A stretch of DNA of 64,000 bases. Source: Thermoplasmata archaeon (GTDB lineage Archaea; Thermoplasmatota; DTKX01; VGTL01). The first letter of the stretch is position 1. Every line of letters begins with the position of its first letter. Both the position numbers and the translations under genes were made by a program. Under the pieces are notes generated by a model. The model was not told the origin of the DNA. It searched no databases and worked only from the letters and a program-made list of their open reading frames with translations. The DNA is taken from NCBI GenBank assembly GCA_038851035.1, contig JAWCLH010000013.1, positions 10,970-74,969 of the forward strand, read 5' to 3'. Below are positions 1 to 10,080 of this stretch, piece after piece.

Positions 1-372
1 GCCCCGCCGGCGAGAAGGCTGAGAATTCGCGTCCCCGGCTCCGAGGCTCCATCAATCACGCCCATACCGAGGAAGCCGAAGCGGAGGATGAGCGCAATAG
101 AGGACCGCATCCACGCGCTCGAGAGGAAAGGCGTCGACGTGACCCAGCCCCGGCGGCTCCTGAGTCTCGCCAAGTCTTTCTGGAAGGGCGGGAACCCGAA
201 GAAGGCGGACCAGTACCTCCAGAGGGCCGAGGAGAAGCTCGCGGAGCTCGAGGAGAGCCACACGGCGGAGGTGGGGGCGGAGAAGCCTAAGGGGGAGGCC
301 TGTCCGAAGTGCGGCGCGAGGATGGAGCCCGGCTGGATAGTCTGCCCCGAGTGCGAGGCGAGAATTCGGTGA
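1..372 (+). CDS. Zinc-ribbon protein, probably 5'-truncated by the window edge
   Basis: Frame is open from base 1 to TGA at 370-372; C-terminal CPKC-x10-CPEC; first in-window ATG at 88. Confidence 0.7.
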   Translation, partial: APPARRLRIRVPGSEAPSITPIPRKPKRRMSAIEDRIHALERKGVDVTQPRRLLSLAKSFWKGGNPKKADQYLQRAEEKLAELEESHTAEVGAEKPKGEACPKCGARMEPGWIVCPECEARIR

Positions 373-518
373 AAAAACCCCGATGCTCTCCGGCCCGCGC
401 GCGCCGGCCACGCGCCGCTTGAATGCGATAGCCCACCGCGAGCCCCGCCCTACTGCACGCCTCGAAAGGCCCTGCCAGCCGCCGCCTCCTCCCTTGAGTG
501 GCCGGGGGCGCTCCCGTC

Positions 519-1247
519 TCACCAGATGTACCTGCTCACCCTTTCCCTGCGAGACCTGCCGAGGGCCTCGAGCTCTTCCCTGAGGGCTTTCGCGTCGTCC
601 GTGCTGATAAGCTCTCCCATGGCGCGCGCGAGGCCGTCGATTCTGCCGACAGCCTCTGAAAAGTCGCTGAAGACCTCGATGAACCTGTTCTCGACCTCTT
701 TCATCGCGCTCATCGTGCCCAGCACGCGGTTGTAGCTGTCGAGAGACATTGCAATGAGCATCCTCTCCTCCCTCATGCACTCGGCCATCCCGCCACTGCC
801 CAAACCCTCGCCCTCCATCCTCTTCCAGAGCTCCTCTAACGCGCGCCTTCTGCTCTCGAGCTCCCTTGTACACTCGCCTGTGATTGCGGCGGCGCGCTCC
901 CTTAGCTCGGTGTAGCGCGCCCTTATTCCTTCAAAAGAGTCCTGGAGTGAGGCGTGGATGCTGCTGAGGGTATTGTGCATCTCGACGAGGTGCGGAACCA
1001 CGACCTCCGGGCCGGGTGAGGAGGTCATCGAGAGGCGCGCGAGAGCTCCGAGCTGCGCAGACAGCTCGTCCAGCGTCCTCCGGGATGAATCGAGCCTTTT
1101 CTCGAAGTCGCCCAGAACCGTCAGAAACCCAGAGACGTCCTGCTTGGTCAGCTCGTCCTTTTTAGCCTCCTTTCCGACCCCCCGGGCTCCGCCTGTAGCG
1201 ACCCCAGCGCGGCGGCCCCCCCTCCCTAAGCCCCTCTCCTTTCCCAT
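519..1247 (-). CDS. Hypothetical coiled-coil protein
   Basis: Helical E/L/R-rich sequence; in-frame ATG at 1247 chosen because the upstream ORF extension overlaps the next gene and is low complexity. Confidence 0.6.
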   Translation of the reverse strand: MGKERGLGRGGRRAGVATGGARGVGKEAKKDELTKQDVSGFLTVLGDFEKRLDSSRRTLDELSAQLGALARLSMTSSPGPEVVVPHLVEMHNTLSSIHASLQDSFEGIRARYTELRERAAAITGECTRELESRRRALEELWKRMEGEGLGSGGMAECMREERMLIAMSLDSYNRVLGTMSAMKEVENRFIEVFSDFSEAVGRIDGLARAMGELISTDDAKALREELEALGRSRRERVSRYIW

Positions 1248-1396
1248 CTTTTCCACCCCTCCGTTCCTGTCTCTTCCCCTCCCCCTTCGCCCGTCTGCAG
1301 CTCCATTCCGTTCTATCCGTCTCCCGCCCCCCGTCTCCCTATCACCCCTCCTCCCTTCTCCAACGCCCCACCCCGCTCCCACCGGTCGCTTTTCAT

Positions 1397-2293
1397 TCAT
1401 TCCCAGATTCGCGTCTCGAGTATTTGGCCCTGCCCGAATTTCTCGAGCCTCAGGAAGTGCTCGGCGCACTGGGCCAGAGCCTCGAGGGGAACAAGACCCA
1501 CGATCTCGCTCCCTAGGACCTCCACGCCCATCGCGCGCGCCTCCGAGCTCACGGCCTCGAACGCGGCCCATATCGGCGTCCTATGGTAGTCGACCAGATT
1601 CATCGAGACCTGCACAATGCCCCTCTCTTTGATTTCAAAGCCCAGCGCCCTTACCGCCGGGAGGCCACCGTCCCTCTCCCTGACCTTCTTCGCTATCTTC
1701 TTGGCCACGTTGATGTCGGAGGTGTTGAGGTTGACGTTGTATGCGATCAGGAAAGGCCTCGCGCCGACCACGACCGCGCCCGCCGTCGGATGCATTACCG
1801 GCTCGCCCACGTCGGGCCTCCATTTCGGGTCCGTTATGTCCCTCTTCCTCCCCTCATATTCCCCCCTCCTCACGTCCGCGAGGGAGCGCCTCTCGGGGCA
1901 TGTCGCGGCCTCCTCGTAGAAATAGACCGGGAGGCGGAGCCTCTCCCAGAGCTCCCTCCCGAGAGAGCGGGCGAGCTCGACGCACTCCGCCATCTCGACG
2001 CCCGAGACGGGGACGAAGGGAATCACGTCCACCGCGCCGAGGCGCGGGTGCTCGCCCCTGTGCTTCTCCATGTCGATGAGCTCGACCGCCTTCGCGGCCG
2101 CGCTGAAGGCAGCCCTCCTCACGGGCTCCGGCTCCCCGATGAAGGTCATCACCGAGCGGTTGTGGTCCGGGTCGGACTCCACATCGAGAAGCCTGACGCC
2201 CTTCGTCGCGCGGATTGCCTGCGCGATGGCCTCGATGACCTCCCTCCTCCGCCCCTCGCTGAAGTTGGGGACGCACTCGACGAGCTTCCTCAT
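1397..2293 (-). CDS. ftcD: Glutamate formiminotransferase
   Basis: N-terminal LVECVPNFSEGRR, DPDHNRSV, HRGEHPRLGAVDVIPFVP and VQVSMNL motifs. Confidence 0.95.
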   Translation of the reverse strand: MRKLVECVPNFSEGRRREVIEAIAQAIRATKGVRLLDVESDPDHNRSVMTFIGEPEPVRRAAFSAAAKAVELIDMEKHRGEHPRLGAVDVIPFVPVSGVEMAECVELARSLGRELWERLRLPVYFYEEAATCPERRSLADVRRGEYEGRKRDITDPKWRPDVGEPVMHPTAGAVVVGARPFLIAYNVNLNTSDINVAKKIAKKVRERDGGLPAVRALGFEIKERGIVQVSMNLVDYHRTPIWAAFEAVSSEARAMGVEVLGSEIVGLVPLEALAQCAEHFLRLEKFGQGQILETRIWE

Positions 2294-2366
2294 GTTCTCA
2301 TCGGGCCCGGTAATGAAGCCGCTGTTAAATAAGATTGCGACGGGCCCCCCGGCCTACACCAGCTTG

Positions 2367-3713
2367 CTATCGAGAGCTCCTTCGAGCTCGCCTGACCATC
2401 AGGAGGGCGAGGAGGAGAGAGACTATAGCGCTCGCCATCAGCGCGACCGCGGAGAGGAGGAGCGGCCCGCCATCTCCGTCCCGCGCGCTCCCGTCGCCCC
2501 CGTCGGGCGCGGGCGCCGCCGGGTATCTCAGCACCAGCCCACCCTCGCCCGTGCAGAGGGCGTATCTACCGTCGGGGCGGAACGATATCGAGAGCACGGA
2601 GAAGCCCGTGTCCGTCTCGATTGCCTCGAGGCCGGCGCCGTCGGTGTATCTGTAGAGTAGGCCTCCGCGCGCCGAAACAAGAGCGGTCCTGTTGTCCGTG
2701 GACCACGCAATCGCGAGGAACTGGCTTGCAGTGGAGGCGGCAACGGGCGTGAAGCGGGTTCCATCGTAGCGCAGGAGGGTGCCCAGAGTTCCGGCAAGGA
2801 GGGCGCAGCCGCCGTCGGGCCTCCAAGCGGCGGTCCTGACGAACTCGCTCGTGCCCGTGTCCAGATGTAGCACGGAGCCTGTCTCAGGGTCGTAGCGCAG
2901 GAGCGTTCCGGAATCACCGGCGACGAGGGCGATTCTCCCATCGGGCCTCCAGGCGACGGAGGTCAGGGGCCAGCTTGCGTTCGTCGTAATTCTCGAGAAG
3001 GCCCCGTGGGCGTAGGCGAGAAGGGTCCCATTGTGGCCGCAGAGGAGCGCCATGTCCCCCTGCGGCCTCCACGCGACGGCCTCAAGACGCACGGAACTCG
3101 TTCCATTGAGCTCCCTGAAGGAATGGCCGTCCCACTCGAGGACCGCGCCACCGTCGCCCACGAGAAGCGCAGTGTCGCCGGAGGGGTGCCAGCCGACGCC
3201 GTGCAGGTCGGACGCGACTCCCGGGGAAAGGGTGATGAAGAATTTCCCAGTGTATTGAAGCACCGTTCCGGACGCGCCCACTATGAGGGCATAGCTCCCC
3301 GAGGGCGCCGGACGCCATGCGACATCCAACAGGTCCCTCTGCGATGGGCACTCGAGCCTCTCCGGAAGCTCAGCCGGCCCCGCAAGCGCAGGCTGGAGCA
3401 CATGCGAGAAGAGGAGGGCTAAAGCGGCGAGCGCGCCCAGCGAGAGCGCGGGCCTCAGCGCCCTCCGGACAAGGAAATGAGTGTCGAGTAATGGATGGAT
3501 GGAGGGAGGATGTGAGAGGGGAATGGAGCGAGGTGGAGAGCGGCCGGACAGAGAATACGAGCGTGTGCGGGGATGGCCGCGCTCATGGAGGGGGCCGGAG
3601 GGATGGGGGAAAGGAGCTGCGGAAGAGCCCGGGGAATAGGGAGCCTTGGGAGCGGGCGGGGAATTATCGGGCCTGAGGTGAGAAAACGGCCCGGGGCGGG
3701 TGTGTGGCTTCAT
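2367..3713 (-). CDS. Secreted, membrane-anchored WD40-like beta-propeller protein
   Basis: About 7 repeats of the type L.xVAWRPDG..ALL.G..G.LL.YD; hydrophobic signal-like segment; C-terminal TM helix plus RRARRSSR; ATG overlaps the upstream stop (ATGA). Confidence 0.75.
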   Translation of the reverse strand: MKPHTRPGPFSHLRPDNSPPAPKAPYSPGSSAAPFPHPSGPLHERGHPRTRSYSLSGRSPPRSIPLSHPPSIHPLLDTHFLVRRALRPALSLGALAALALLFSHVLQPALAGPAELPERLECPSQRDLLDVAWRPAPSGSYALIVGASGTVLQYTGKFFITLSPGVASDLHGVGWHPSGDTALLVGDGGAVLEWDGHSFRELNGTSSVRLEAVAWRPQGDMALLCGHNGTLLAYAHGAFSRITTNASWPLTSVAWRPDGRIALVAGDSGTLLRYDPETGSVLHLDTGTSEFVRTAAWRPDGGCALLAGTLGTLLRYDGTRFTPVAASTASQFLAIAWSTDNRTALVSARGGLLYRYTDGAGLEAIETDTGFSVLSISFRPDGRYALCTGEGGLVLRYPAAPAPDGGDGSARDGDGGPLLLSAVALMASAIVSLLLALLMVRRARRSSR

Positions 3714-4432
3714 AGAATTCCCAGAAAGTGAAAATTGTACTCCGCGAGGATGAGTAGGGCGATGAGGGCAGAGAGGAGGCCGATGTAGGCCGCCGGGCTC
3801 CAGGCCCAGACCTTGCGGCCGTCGAATATGAACACGGGGAGCATGTTGAATATCCCGAGGATGCCGCTCACTATCACGACATATACCGTGAGGTAGCCGA
3901 GGACGAGCATCCCTTTAGATAGGACACCCAGGGGCAGGAATATGAAACCGACCAGGGCGTTCATTGCGGGCCCGGAGGCCGAGACTTTCCCGGTCTGCTC
4001 GACGCTCAGGTATCCGCGGTGATAGACCGCACCCGGCGCGGCAAAGTAGACCCCAAGGAGCGATAGAAAGAGCCCGATGAGCAGGCCCGTGTCGCTCTTC
4101 CGGAACTCGGCCCAGCAGCCGTATCTGCGCGCCATGAGCTTGTGGCCCATCTCGTGGCTGATGAAGCAGAGCACCACCGCCGCCATTGATATCAGGAAGA
4201 AGACGCCAGCGAGCCAGGCCGGCAGGCCTGCGAGAAGAACGAACTTTATGTCCGACATCGAGAATATCAGTGAGAGAACCAGAACGGCCACCGTCAGGTC
4301 CCGGAGCTCCTCGGGGCTCGTGAAGGGGCCCGGGTATGGCCCAGTGCGCGCCGCGTAGGGACCGGTAAGGTAGACGATGCGGGGGGGCGCCGCGTAGCCC
4401 CTCCGCCAGTAATAATCATCGTCGTCCCACAT
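3710..4432 (-). CDS. Site-2 protease (peptidase M50 family)
   Basis: HEMGH zinc motif, AGPxxN-like SGPAMN, FNMLP..FDG motif, multiple TM segments. Confidence 0.9.
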   Translation of the reverse strand: MWDDDDYYWRRGYAAPPRIVYLTGPYAARTGPYPGPFTSPEELRDLTVAVLVLSLIFSMSDIKFVLLAGLPAWLAGVFFLISMAAVVLCFISHEMGHKLMARRYGCWAEFRKSDTGLLIGLFLSLLGVYFAAPGAVYHRGYLSVEQTGKVSASGPAMNALVGFIFLPLGVLSKGMLVLGYLTVYVVIVSGILGIFNMLPVFIFDGRKVWAWSPAAYIGLLSALIALLILAEYNFHFLGIL

Positions 4433-4434
4433 CG

Positions 4435-5775
4435 CTACCCCAGCCCCATTCTTATCAGATAGGGCATCGCAACAAAAGTCCCGATCATGCTCCCCACATT
4501 GGTCAGCGCCGCCACCATCAGGACCCTGATGACCCTGTTGTTGAAAAACTCTTTGGTCGTCGCCACCCTGCCGAGCTCCTGCCAGTCCTTAACGGTCGGA
4601 GTCCTGACCTTTGCCTCGACGAGACCCGAGAACCAGCCCGCCGCCACACCGGGGTGAATGGCTGTGAAGGGGGAGGCGATGAAGGCGGTTCCTATTGAAA
4701 GCGGGTGCCCGCGCGCGACAGCGCAGAAGCCCGCGGAGAGGAGCGCGTGAATCAAAAACCACCAGCCGAAGGCCTCGAGAGCCATCCCCACGCCCCTCGT
4801 CAAGGCCATCCACACGAGGATGCCGCAGAGGAGGATGGTGATTCCCCAGCCCAGAGCCCTCCCCCATGGGAAGCCGGGCGGCGGGAGCGCCTCGAGTTCT
4901 GCAATGGAGGGCAATGCCCCCCTCCCCCGGGCCAAACCGCTCCCTCCCCTCCCCGCCTCTGTGGCTCCCCCAGCCCCCACTCCCCTGACCCGTGTGCCCG
5001 GCGCGCGCGCGGCCTCCCCCCCACCCCCGACCCCGGCCCGCAAGGGCCCCGCGGTGCCCCCCATCTCTCCCGAGCCGGACTCGCCCCCGGGGCCCCCGCC
5101 CAGCGCCTCCGCGATTCTCGCCTTTACTCCCTGCAGGTGCCCCGCTCCAACGACGGCCAGCACCTTCCCCCCGCCCGAGGCCGCCTCGACGATTCTCCGG
5201 GCGATGTAGATGTCCCTCTCCTCTATCAGCACCTCGGCGACTGTGGGCGCGAGCTCCCTGAGCTCCCTCATCATCGCAGTTAGAGCGTCCTCCTTCATCA
5301 GCTCCTTCAAGTCCAGCTCCCCCTCCTCGTACTCGACGAATGGGAGCTGGAAGAGCGTCCTGACAACCCTCCACTTCTCCCGCAGCCCCATCCTCTTCCA
5401 CGCCCGCTTCAGCGTGATGGTGATGTCTCTGTCCGCCAGAACAACCTTCACGCCCCTCTCCTCCGCCGCCCTTATCGCCTCGAGCATCTCCGCCCCCGGC
5501 TCCGCCCCGAGCCTCTCTCCCAGCCTCCTCTGGTAGGCGGAGAGGAAGGACTGGGCGATGAAGGCGTAGGCGTTCCTGTCCTTGAGGAGCCGTGTCATCG
5601 GCAAGCTCTCCCACGCCTCTTTATCCTTCAGGACCCTGTACCGTCGCTCACAGAGCTCCACCGCAACGACGTCGGGCCGGAACTCCTGAATCGCACCCCT
5701 GACCTCCGCCGCGCTCTCGGGAGAGACGTGGGCAGTCCCGACGAGCAAAATGTTCTCCCCGACGCGCTCTATCAA
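4435..5775 (-). CDS. TraB/GumN (PrgY-like) family protein
   Basis: LVGTAHVS, PDVVAVELC..R, PGAEM..A, LADRDI.ITL.R, LIEERD, VVGAGHL; C-terminal TM region. Confidence 0.92.
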   Translation of the reverse strand: MIERVGENILLVGTAHVSPESAAEVRGAIQEFRPDVVAVELCERRYRVLKDKEAWESLPMTRLLKDRNAYAFIAQSFLSAYQRRLGERLGAEPGAEMLEAIRAAEERGVKVVLADRDITITLKRAWKRMGLREKWRVVRTLFQLPFVEYEEGELDLKELMKEDALTAMMRELRELAPTVAEVLIEERDIYIARRIVEAASGGGKVLAVVGAGHLQGVKARIAEALGGGPGGESGSGEMGGTAGPLRAGVGGGGEAARAPGTRVRGVGAGGATEAGRGGSGLARGRGALPSIAELEALPPPGFPWGRALGWGITILLCGILVWMALTRGVGMALEAFGWWFLIHALLSAGFCAVARGHPLSIGTAFIASPFTAIHPGVAAGWFSGLVEAKVRTPTVKDWQELGRVATTKEFFNNRVIRVLMVAALTNVGSMIGTFVAMPYLIRMGLG

Positions 5776-7196
5776 GCCGACCCCCCGGAGAGTCCCGCGG
5801 CCCTGAGGTAGCGCTCCCTGATTCTCTGCCTCGCCAAAGCCAGGGCCCTATCTCCATCAACCCCGGGCGCGAGGGACGGGAGCGGCACGGAGGCGCCTGC
5901 AGAGTTTGCGTGGCCGCCCGCCGAGCCCAGCCTCCCGAAGGCACGCTGGAGAACCCCGCCGACGTCGAGGGAGTGCTGGTCGGTCCGCGCGGATATGTGC
6001 ACCATGCCCCCAATGATGCCCCAGACAAGCGAGGCGCAGACGCCGTCGAGGCGGAGGAGGAAGTCAGCGGCCCGCGCGAGAGTCTCCCTGTCCCTCACCC
6101 TACCGGCGAACGCGAGCAGGTGGCCGGATATGAGCTCCCTGTCCATTATTGCCCTCGCCAGCGCCGCGGCCGCGGAGGCGCTGAGCGGCGGGGCCTCGAG
6201 CCTGCGGACCAACCTTAGGTCAGCTTGCTCCGCGAGAAAGCCGAGGGCCTCGAGGTCCTCCGGGTGGACGCTCCGGGTGAAGTCCGCGGTGTCGACCTTT
6301 ATTCCAAAAATCAGCGCGGAGGCGAGTGCCGGGTCCGGCCTTATCCAGAGGCGCCTTAAATAGCCCGTGAGCATTGTCGACGCCGCGCCCAGCTCCGGCC
6401 TGATGTCAACAAGTCCTCCCTCGGGCCAGAGGGAGGGGGAGAGGGGGTGGTGGTCTATCACGATATCCACCCTCGCCCCCGGCGGGAGGATGTTGTTTCT
6501 TCCGGGAACGGAGGACTCGACGAGCGCGACCGCGCCGTACCTGCCGGCGATGCGCGCCGCCTCCTCCGGGCTCTCGACCCTGCGCAGCCTCGCCCCCAGC
6601 ATCGAGACCAGCAGTTTGCTGCTCTCGCCCGAGACGCTCCCGCCGTGGTAGATGCCGCACCTCACACCGCGGGCCGCGCAGATTCTCTTCAAGGCGAGGC
6701 CCGAGGCTATCGTGTCCGGGTCGGGGTCGTCGTGGAGGAAGACCGCCAGCCCCCTACCACCGCAGTCGTCGATGACCGAGACGAGCCGCCGGGCCGCCCT
6801 CTGGCCCTCGAGCGAGCCCATCTTCTCGAGCATCCCGGAGGCCGCTAGCCTCGCGGGCTCGACGGCGAGGTCGGCCCCGGCAAGCCTGAGCCCGCTCGCA
6901 GCGCCCCGTCCGGAAGCCTCGGCGAGGATCAGTATGTCGGGTCTCAGGCGCCTCAGCTCTCGAGATATCGACGCGTTCAGCTCTCCGCGCCCCGTGACCA
7001 CGAAGGCGGCGTCGGCGGCCGCGGGAACACGCCGGGCCATCCTCTCCTCGGGGGTCCTAACCACGCGTGCGCCCGTGCCCCTCATTGCGCGCGCGGATGC
7101 AGAATCGGGGACGAGGCAGAGCGGCCTCTCGCCCCTCCGGCAGACCTCGCGCGCCAGCTCCCGCGCGAGCCCTCCCCCGCCGATAATCACCATCAA
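5772..7196 (-). CDS. DHH/DHHA1 phosphoesterase with N-terminal TrkA-N-like NAD-binding domain
   Basis: HDDPDPDTIASG, IVIDHHP, GIKVDT, SAGGH motifs; N-terminal IIGGGG Rossmann-like segment. Confidence 0.88.
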   Translation of the reverse strand: MMVIIGGGGLARELAREVCRRGERPLCLVPDSASARAMRGTGARVVRTPEERMARRVPAAADAAFVVTGRGELNASISRELRRLRPDILILAEASGRGAASGLRLAGADLAVEPARLAASGMLEKMGSLEGQRAARRLVSVIDDCGGRGLAVFLHDDPDPDTIASGLALKRICAARGVRCGIYHGGSVSGESSKLLVSMLGARLRRVESPEEAARIAGRYGAVALVESSVPGRNNILPPGARVDIVIDHHPLSPSLWPEGGLVDIRPELGAASTMLTGYLRRLWIRPDPALASALIFGIKVDTADFTRSVHPEDLEALGFLAEQADLRLVRRLEAPPLSASAAAALARAIMDRELISGHLLAFAGRVRDRETLARAADFLLRLDGVCASLVWGIIGGMVHISARTDQHSLDVGGVLQRAFGRLGSAGGHANSAGASVPLPSLAPGVDGDRALALARQRIRERYLRAAGLSGGSA

Positions 7197-7197
7197 G

Positions 7198-7710
7198 TCA
7201 GATACCGCCCCAGTGCTGCTCCTTGTGGGAGCTCATGACGATCTGAACTACTGTGTCCCTCACGCCCTCCATCCTCAGAAAATTGTCCACGAAGTCCTGC
7301 AGCTCCGATGTCGAGACAAAGAGCGCCACCAGAAGGATGTTGTGAGGACCGGTCACGCGATGAATCGCCGTTACCCTAGGGTGCTGTCTGAGCTTCTGCA
7401 CGACCTCTCTCAGCCTGTCCGAACTGACCTGCAGGTGGATGAAGGACTTCACTGTGTTCTCCACGGCGGAGAAGTTGATTACCGTCGTGAAGGCCAGGAT
7501 GAGCCCCTTCTCCTTGAGCGCCTTCACCCTCCGCCTCACGGTGGCCTCGGTCACGTGGAGCTGGGCCGCGATTCTGCTGTTGGTCTCCCGAGCGTTGCGG
7601 ACCAGAATCGAGAGTATCTGGATGTCCCTCTTGTCAACCGGCAGGAGCCTCCGGTCCAGTGCCCTCCATCTCTCCGCGAGGTCAAGCTCGACGCCCCTCA
7701 GGCGTCCCAC
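7198..7710 (-). CDS. Lrp/AsnC family transcriptional regulator
   Basis: DKRDIQIL..L..NAR.....IA..L.VTEATVRRRV..L...GLI HTH plus RAM domain (VTGPHNIL); in-frame GTG at 7710 after a purine-rich SD-like tract. Confidence 0.88.
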   Translation of the reverse strand: MGRLRGVELDLAERWRALDRRLLPVDKRDIQILSILVRNARETNSRIAAQLHVTEATVRRRVKALKEKGLILAFTTVINFSAVENTVKSFIHLQVSSDRLREVVQKLRQHPRVTAIHRVTGPHNILLVALFVSTSELQDFVDNFLRMEGVRDTVVQIVMSSHKEQHWGGI

Positions 7711-8123
7711 CCCCCTCTTTTCGATTTTCGGCGCCTTTCCCCCAGTATGCGCCGAAATCAGGCATTGGCTCCTGGCGTATTTATTGATTGCGCGGGCGCC
7801 CGGAGGCCATTTTTCGGCGGCTGGCCGGCAGTCCAACCGAAATCTTCCTGTGGGGTCAATGCGGGGTCTCAATGGGGGTAAGGGAGCTATACGGGCCCCG
7901 AATCGAGTAGTTAATGGCCAGGGGCCGCCGAAGGGGGGTAGAAACATCGTGGAAGAGGTGGGTGTTCCTATTCATTTCGGCGGCCACTGGCCTATCATAT
8001 TTATGTATTATTTCGCGGTCCCTGCTCCGCGTTCGAATCAATTAATTCTCTTGGAGACTATAAATATCTTTCTGACAATTTTCGACAGATTCGCGTCGAA
8101 ACCGGTACATGAGTTCTCGGATG

Positions 8124-9137
8124 TTACCTCACCCTCGCCTCCACGACCGCCACGCAGAGCTCCAGCCTCGTCACCGCCTTGAGCTCCAGTCTCACCCAGC
8201 CGTCGCCCGTCTCGATGGAGTAATCGGCACCCATCGTGAGGTTCGTCACGGGGCGGGAGAGGGTCTCATTGAAGTACCGGGCCCACGCGCCTGGGGAAGT
8301 TGTGGTCAGGTTAACGCTTATATTCTTTCCCAGAGACCATTCCGCGCCCTCGTAGACGTTCCAATCTTTCGAGACCACCCTGGTCTCGACCACGACATTC
8401 TCCGTCCCCGCGAGGCTGGTGTAGTCGCCGGTCAGAGACACGAAGAGCATCGAGGCGGAGAGGTTCCCGGCCGCGCCCCGGCTCGCGCTGAAGTGGGGCG
8501 GAGCCCTCATCGCCGCATCGCTCCCGCCCGACACGAGGACGGCCCCCTGCTCGTATATGAAGGTCTGCTGTGATACGTATGCGTTCTGGGAGAAGAATGA
8601 GACGCTCCCCCGGCTCCTTACATAAACGTCCCCGGGGTCGTCGGTGTTGTAAACCGCCAGCGAGCCGTTGAAAGGGTTGGTGACGAGTCTCCCCGCGGTC
8701 TTGGAGAAGCCGAGGAGCGCGCTTGGCTCCCTCCCGAGGGTTACCCTCGTGCTGACACTCACGGGAGTCTCCCTGAGAATCTGGGCATCTATGTTTTCCC
8801 TGAGCGCGTAGAACTGCTCCAGCGTCTCCCTCATGTGCTGGTTCTCATCTATTTCGCCCCACACCGGGACGTAGTACATTATAACGAGAGATAGGACGCT
8901 GCTGATGATCAGGAGCAGCATCACCGCGGTCACCGCGCCCGAGACCGCACGCCCGTTCCAGCGCACCCGGCCCTCCCCGCTCCGTGCTATGCCTCCACCC
9001 CCTCCTCCCCTCCCCGCCACACCTGTCCCCCCTCGAGCCCGCCCACCCTTCTCCTTTCCACGTGCTCCTCCTCGCATCCCTTGGCCCCCGCTCCCGTCGT
9101 CCTCTCCTCTTCCCGCCCTCTGCCACCTCCCTTCCAT
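8124..9137 (-). CDS. Small pilin-like protein C (class III signal peptide)
   Basis: GRA|VSGAVTAVMLLLII hydrophobic N-terminus, then YVPVW..E..HM motif shared with two adjacent paralogs; true start may be downstream of 9137. Confidence 0.75.
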   Translation of the reverse strand: MEGRWQRAGRGEDDGSGGQGMRGGARGKEKGGRARGGTGVAGRGGGGGGIARSGEGRVRWNGRAVSGAVTAVMLLLIISSVLSLVIMYYVPVWGEIDENQHMRETLEQFYALRENIDAQILRETPVSVSTRVTLGREPSALLGFSKTAGRLVTNPFNGSLAVYNTDDPGDVYVRSRGSVSFFSQNAYVSQQTFIYEQGAVLVSGGSDAAMRAPPHFSASRGAAGNLSASMLFVSLTGDYTSLAGTENVVVETRVVSKDWNVYEGAEWSLGKNISVNLTTTSPGAWARYFNETLSRPVTNLTMGADYSIETGDGWVRLELKAVTRLELCVAVVEARVR

Positions 9138-9159
9138 TCCCTCTTCCCCTCCCGCCCCC

Positions 9160-10080
9160 TCACATCTCCAGCTGAATCTCCACGACCGCTATCCCGAGCT
9201 CCAGTTCCCTCACCTTGAAGAGCGTAACGTCCACGCCGTTGGGCCTGACGTAAACCTGATAGTCCGCCCCGGTGAGGCCCGTCTCGGGCCTGCCAAGGGT
9301 TGTGTTGAAGAAGTCCGCCCACACGGAAGGGAAGGCGGTAGTGATGTTCAGCCCCAGATTCCTCCCTGCCTCCCAGTCGCCGCCGGCGTAGGAGGTCTTG
9401 TCAAATATGCTTAAGGTGCTCTTCACCCTCATGTCTCCAGAGCCCGAGCGGGTGGCGGGTACACCGGTCAGGGATATCAGGGTGACGCTCGCGCTCAGGT
9501 TCCCGTCGGGCTCCCTGCGCAGGTCGAAGTGCGGCGAGGCCTTCATCACCGCTCTCCCGCCCTGCTCGACGATTATCGCTCCGTTCTCGTAGTGGTAGCT
9601 CTGATCTGGATAGTACATGTTCTGGGGCTGAAAGCCCATCCTCCCTCTCGTCAGACCGAACGTCTCGTTCGGGTCTGTGGCGCTTCCCAGCCTGTACTCC
9701 CCGTCTTCTGGGCTTAGGGAGAGGCTCCCCACGGTCCGGGCGAGGCCGAAGACCGGACCGCCCTCGTCCCCGAGCGTGACCCTGTTGGTCAGTGTCGAGC
9801 TCCTGCCCGCGAGAATCTGGAGATCTATATTCTCCTTGAGCTGAATCATCTGGGACTGAATTCTCTTCATCTGGCGCGCCTCGGCGTCCTTGGTCCATAT
9901 CGGAACGTATATTGCCATGAACATCGAGAGCGCTCCTGCGGCCACGAGGAGTATCAGTAGGGTCACCACGACGCCCGAGGCGCCCCGCCTCTCGCGCCTC
10001 CAGCGGTATCTGAAGGGCCTCTTTGGCGATTCGACGCGCCCGGCGCCCTCGCCTCTCCGAGATGGACGGGGGTGCCTCAT
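9160..10080 (-). CDS. Small pilin-like protein B (class III signal peptide)
   Basis: ERRG|ASGVVVTLLILLV, YVPIWTKDAEA..M, N.YYP.Q.Y.YENGAII; ATGA overlap with upstream gene. Confidence 0.78.
   Translation of the reverse strand: MRHPRPSRRGEGAGRVESPKRPFRYRWRRERRGASGVVVTLLILLVAAGALSMFMAIYVPIWTKDAEARQMKRIQSQMIQLKENIDLQILAGRSSTLTNRVTLGDEGGPVFGLARTVGSLSLSPEDGEYRLGSATDPNETFGLTRGRMGFQPQNMYYPDQSYHYENGAIIVEQGGRAVMKASPHFDLRREPDGNLSASVTLISLTGVPATRSGSGDMRVKSTLSIFDKTSYAGGDWEAGRNLGLNITTAFPSVWADFFNTTLGRPETGLTGADYQVYVRPNGVDVTLFKVRELELGIAVVEIQLEM

Noticed and set aside
6652..7881. Long plus-strand ORF, representative of many antisense or alternate-frame ORFs
   Set aside because: Shadow of well-supported genes in high-GC DNA; no recognisable motifs
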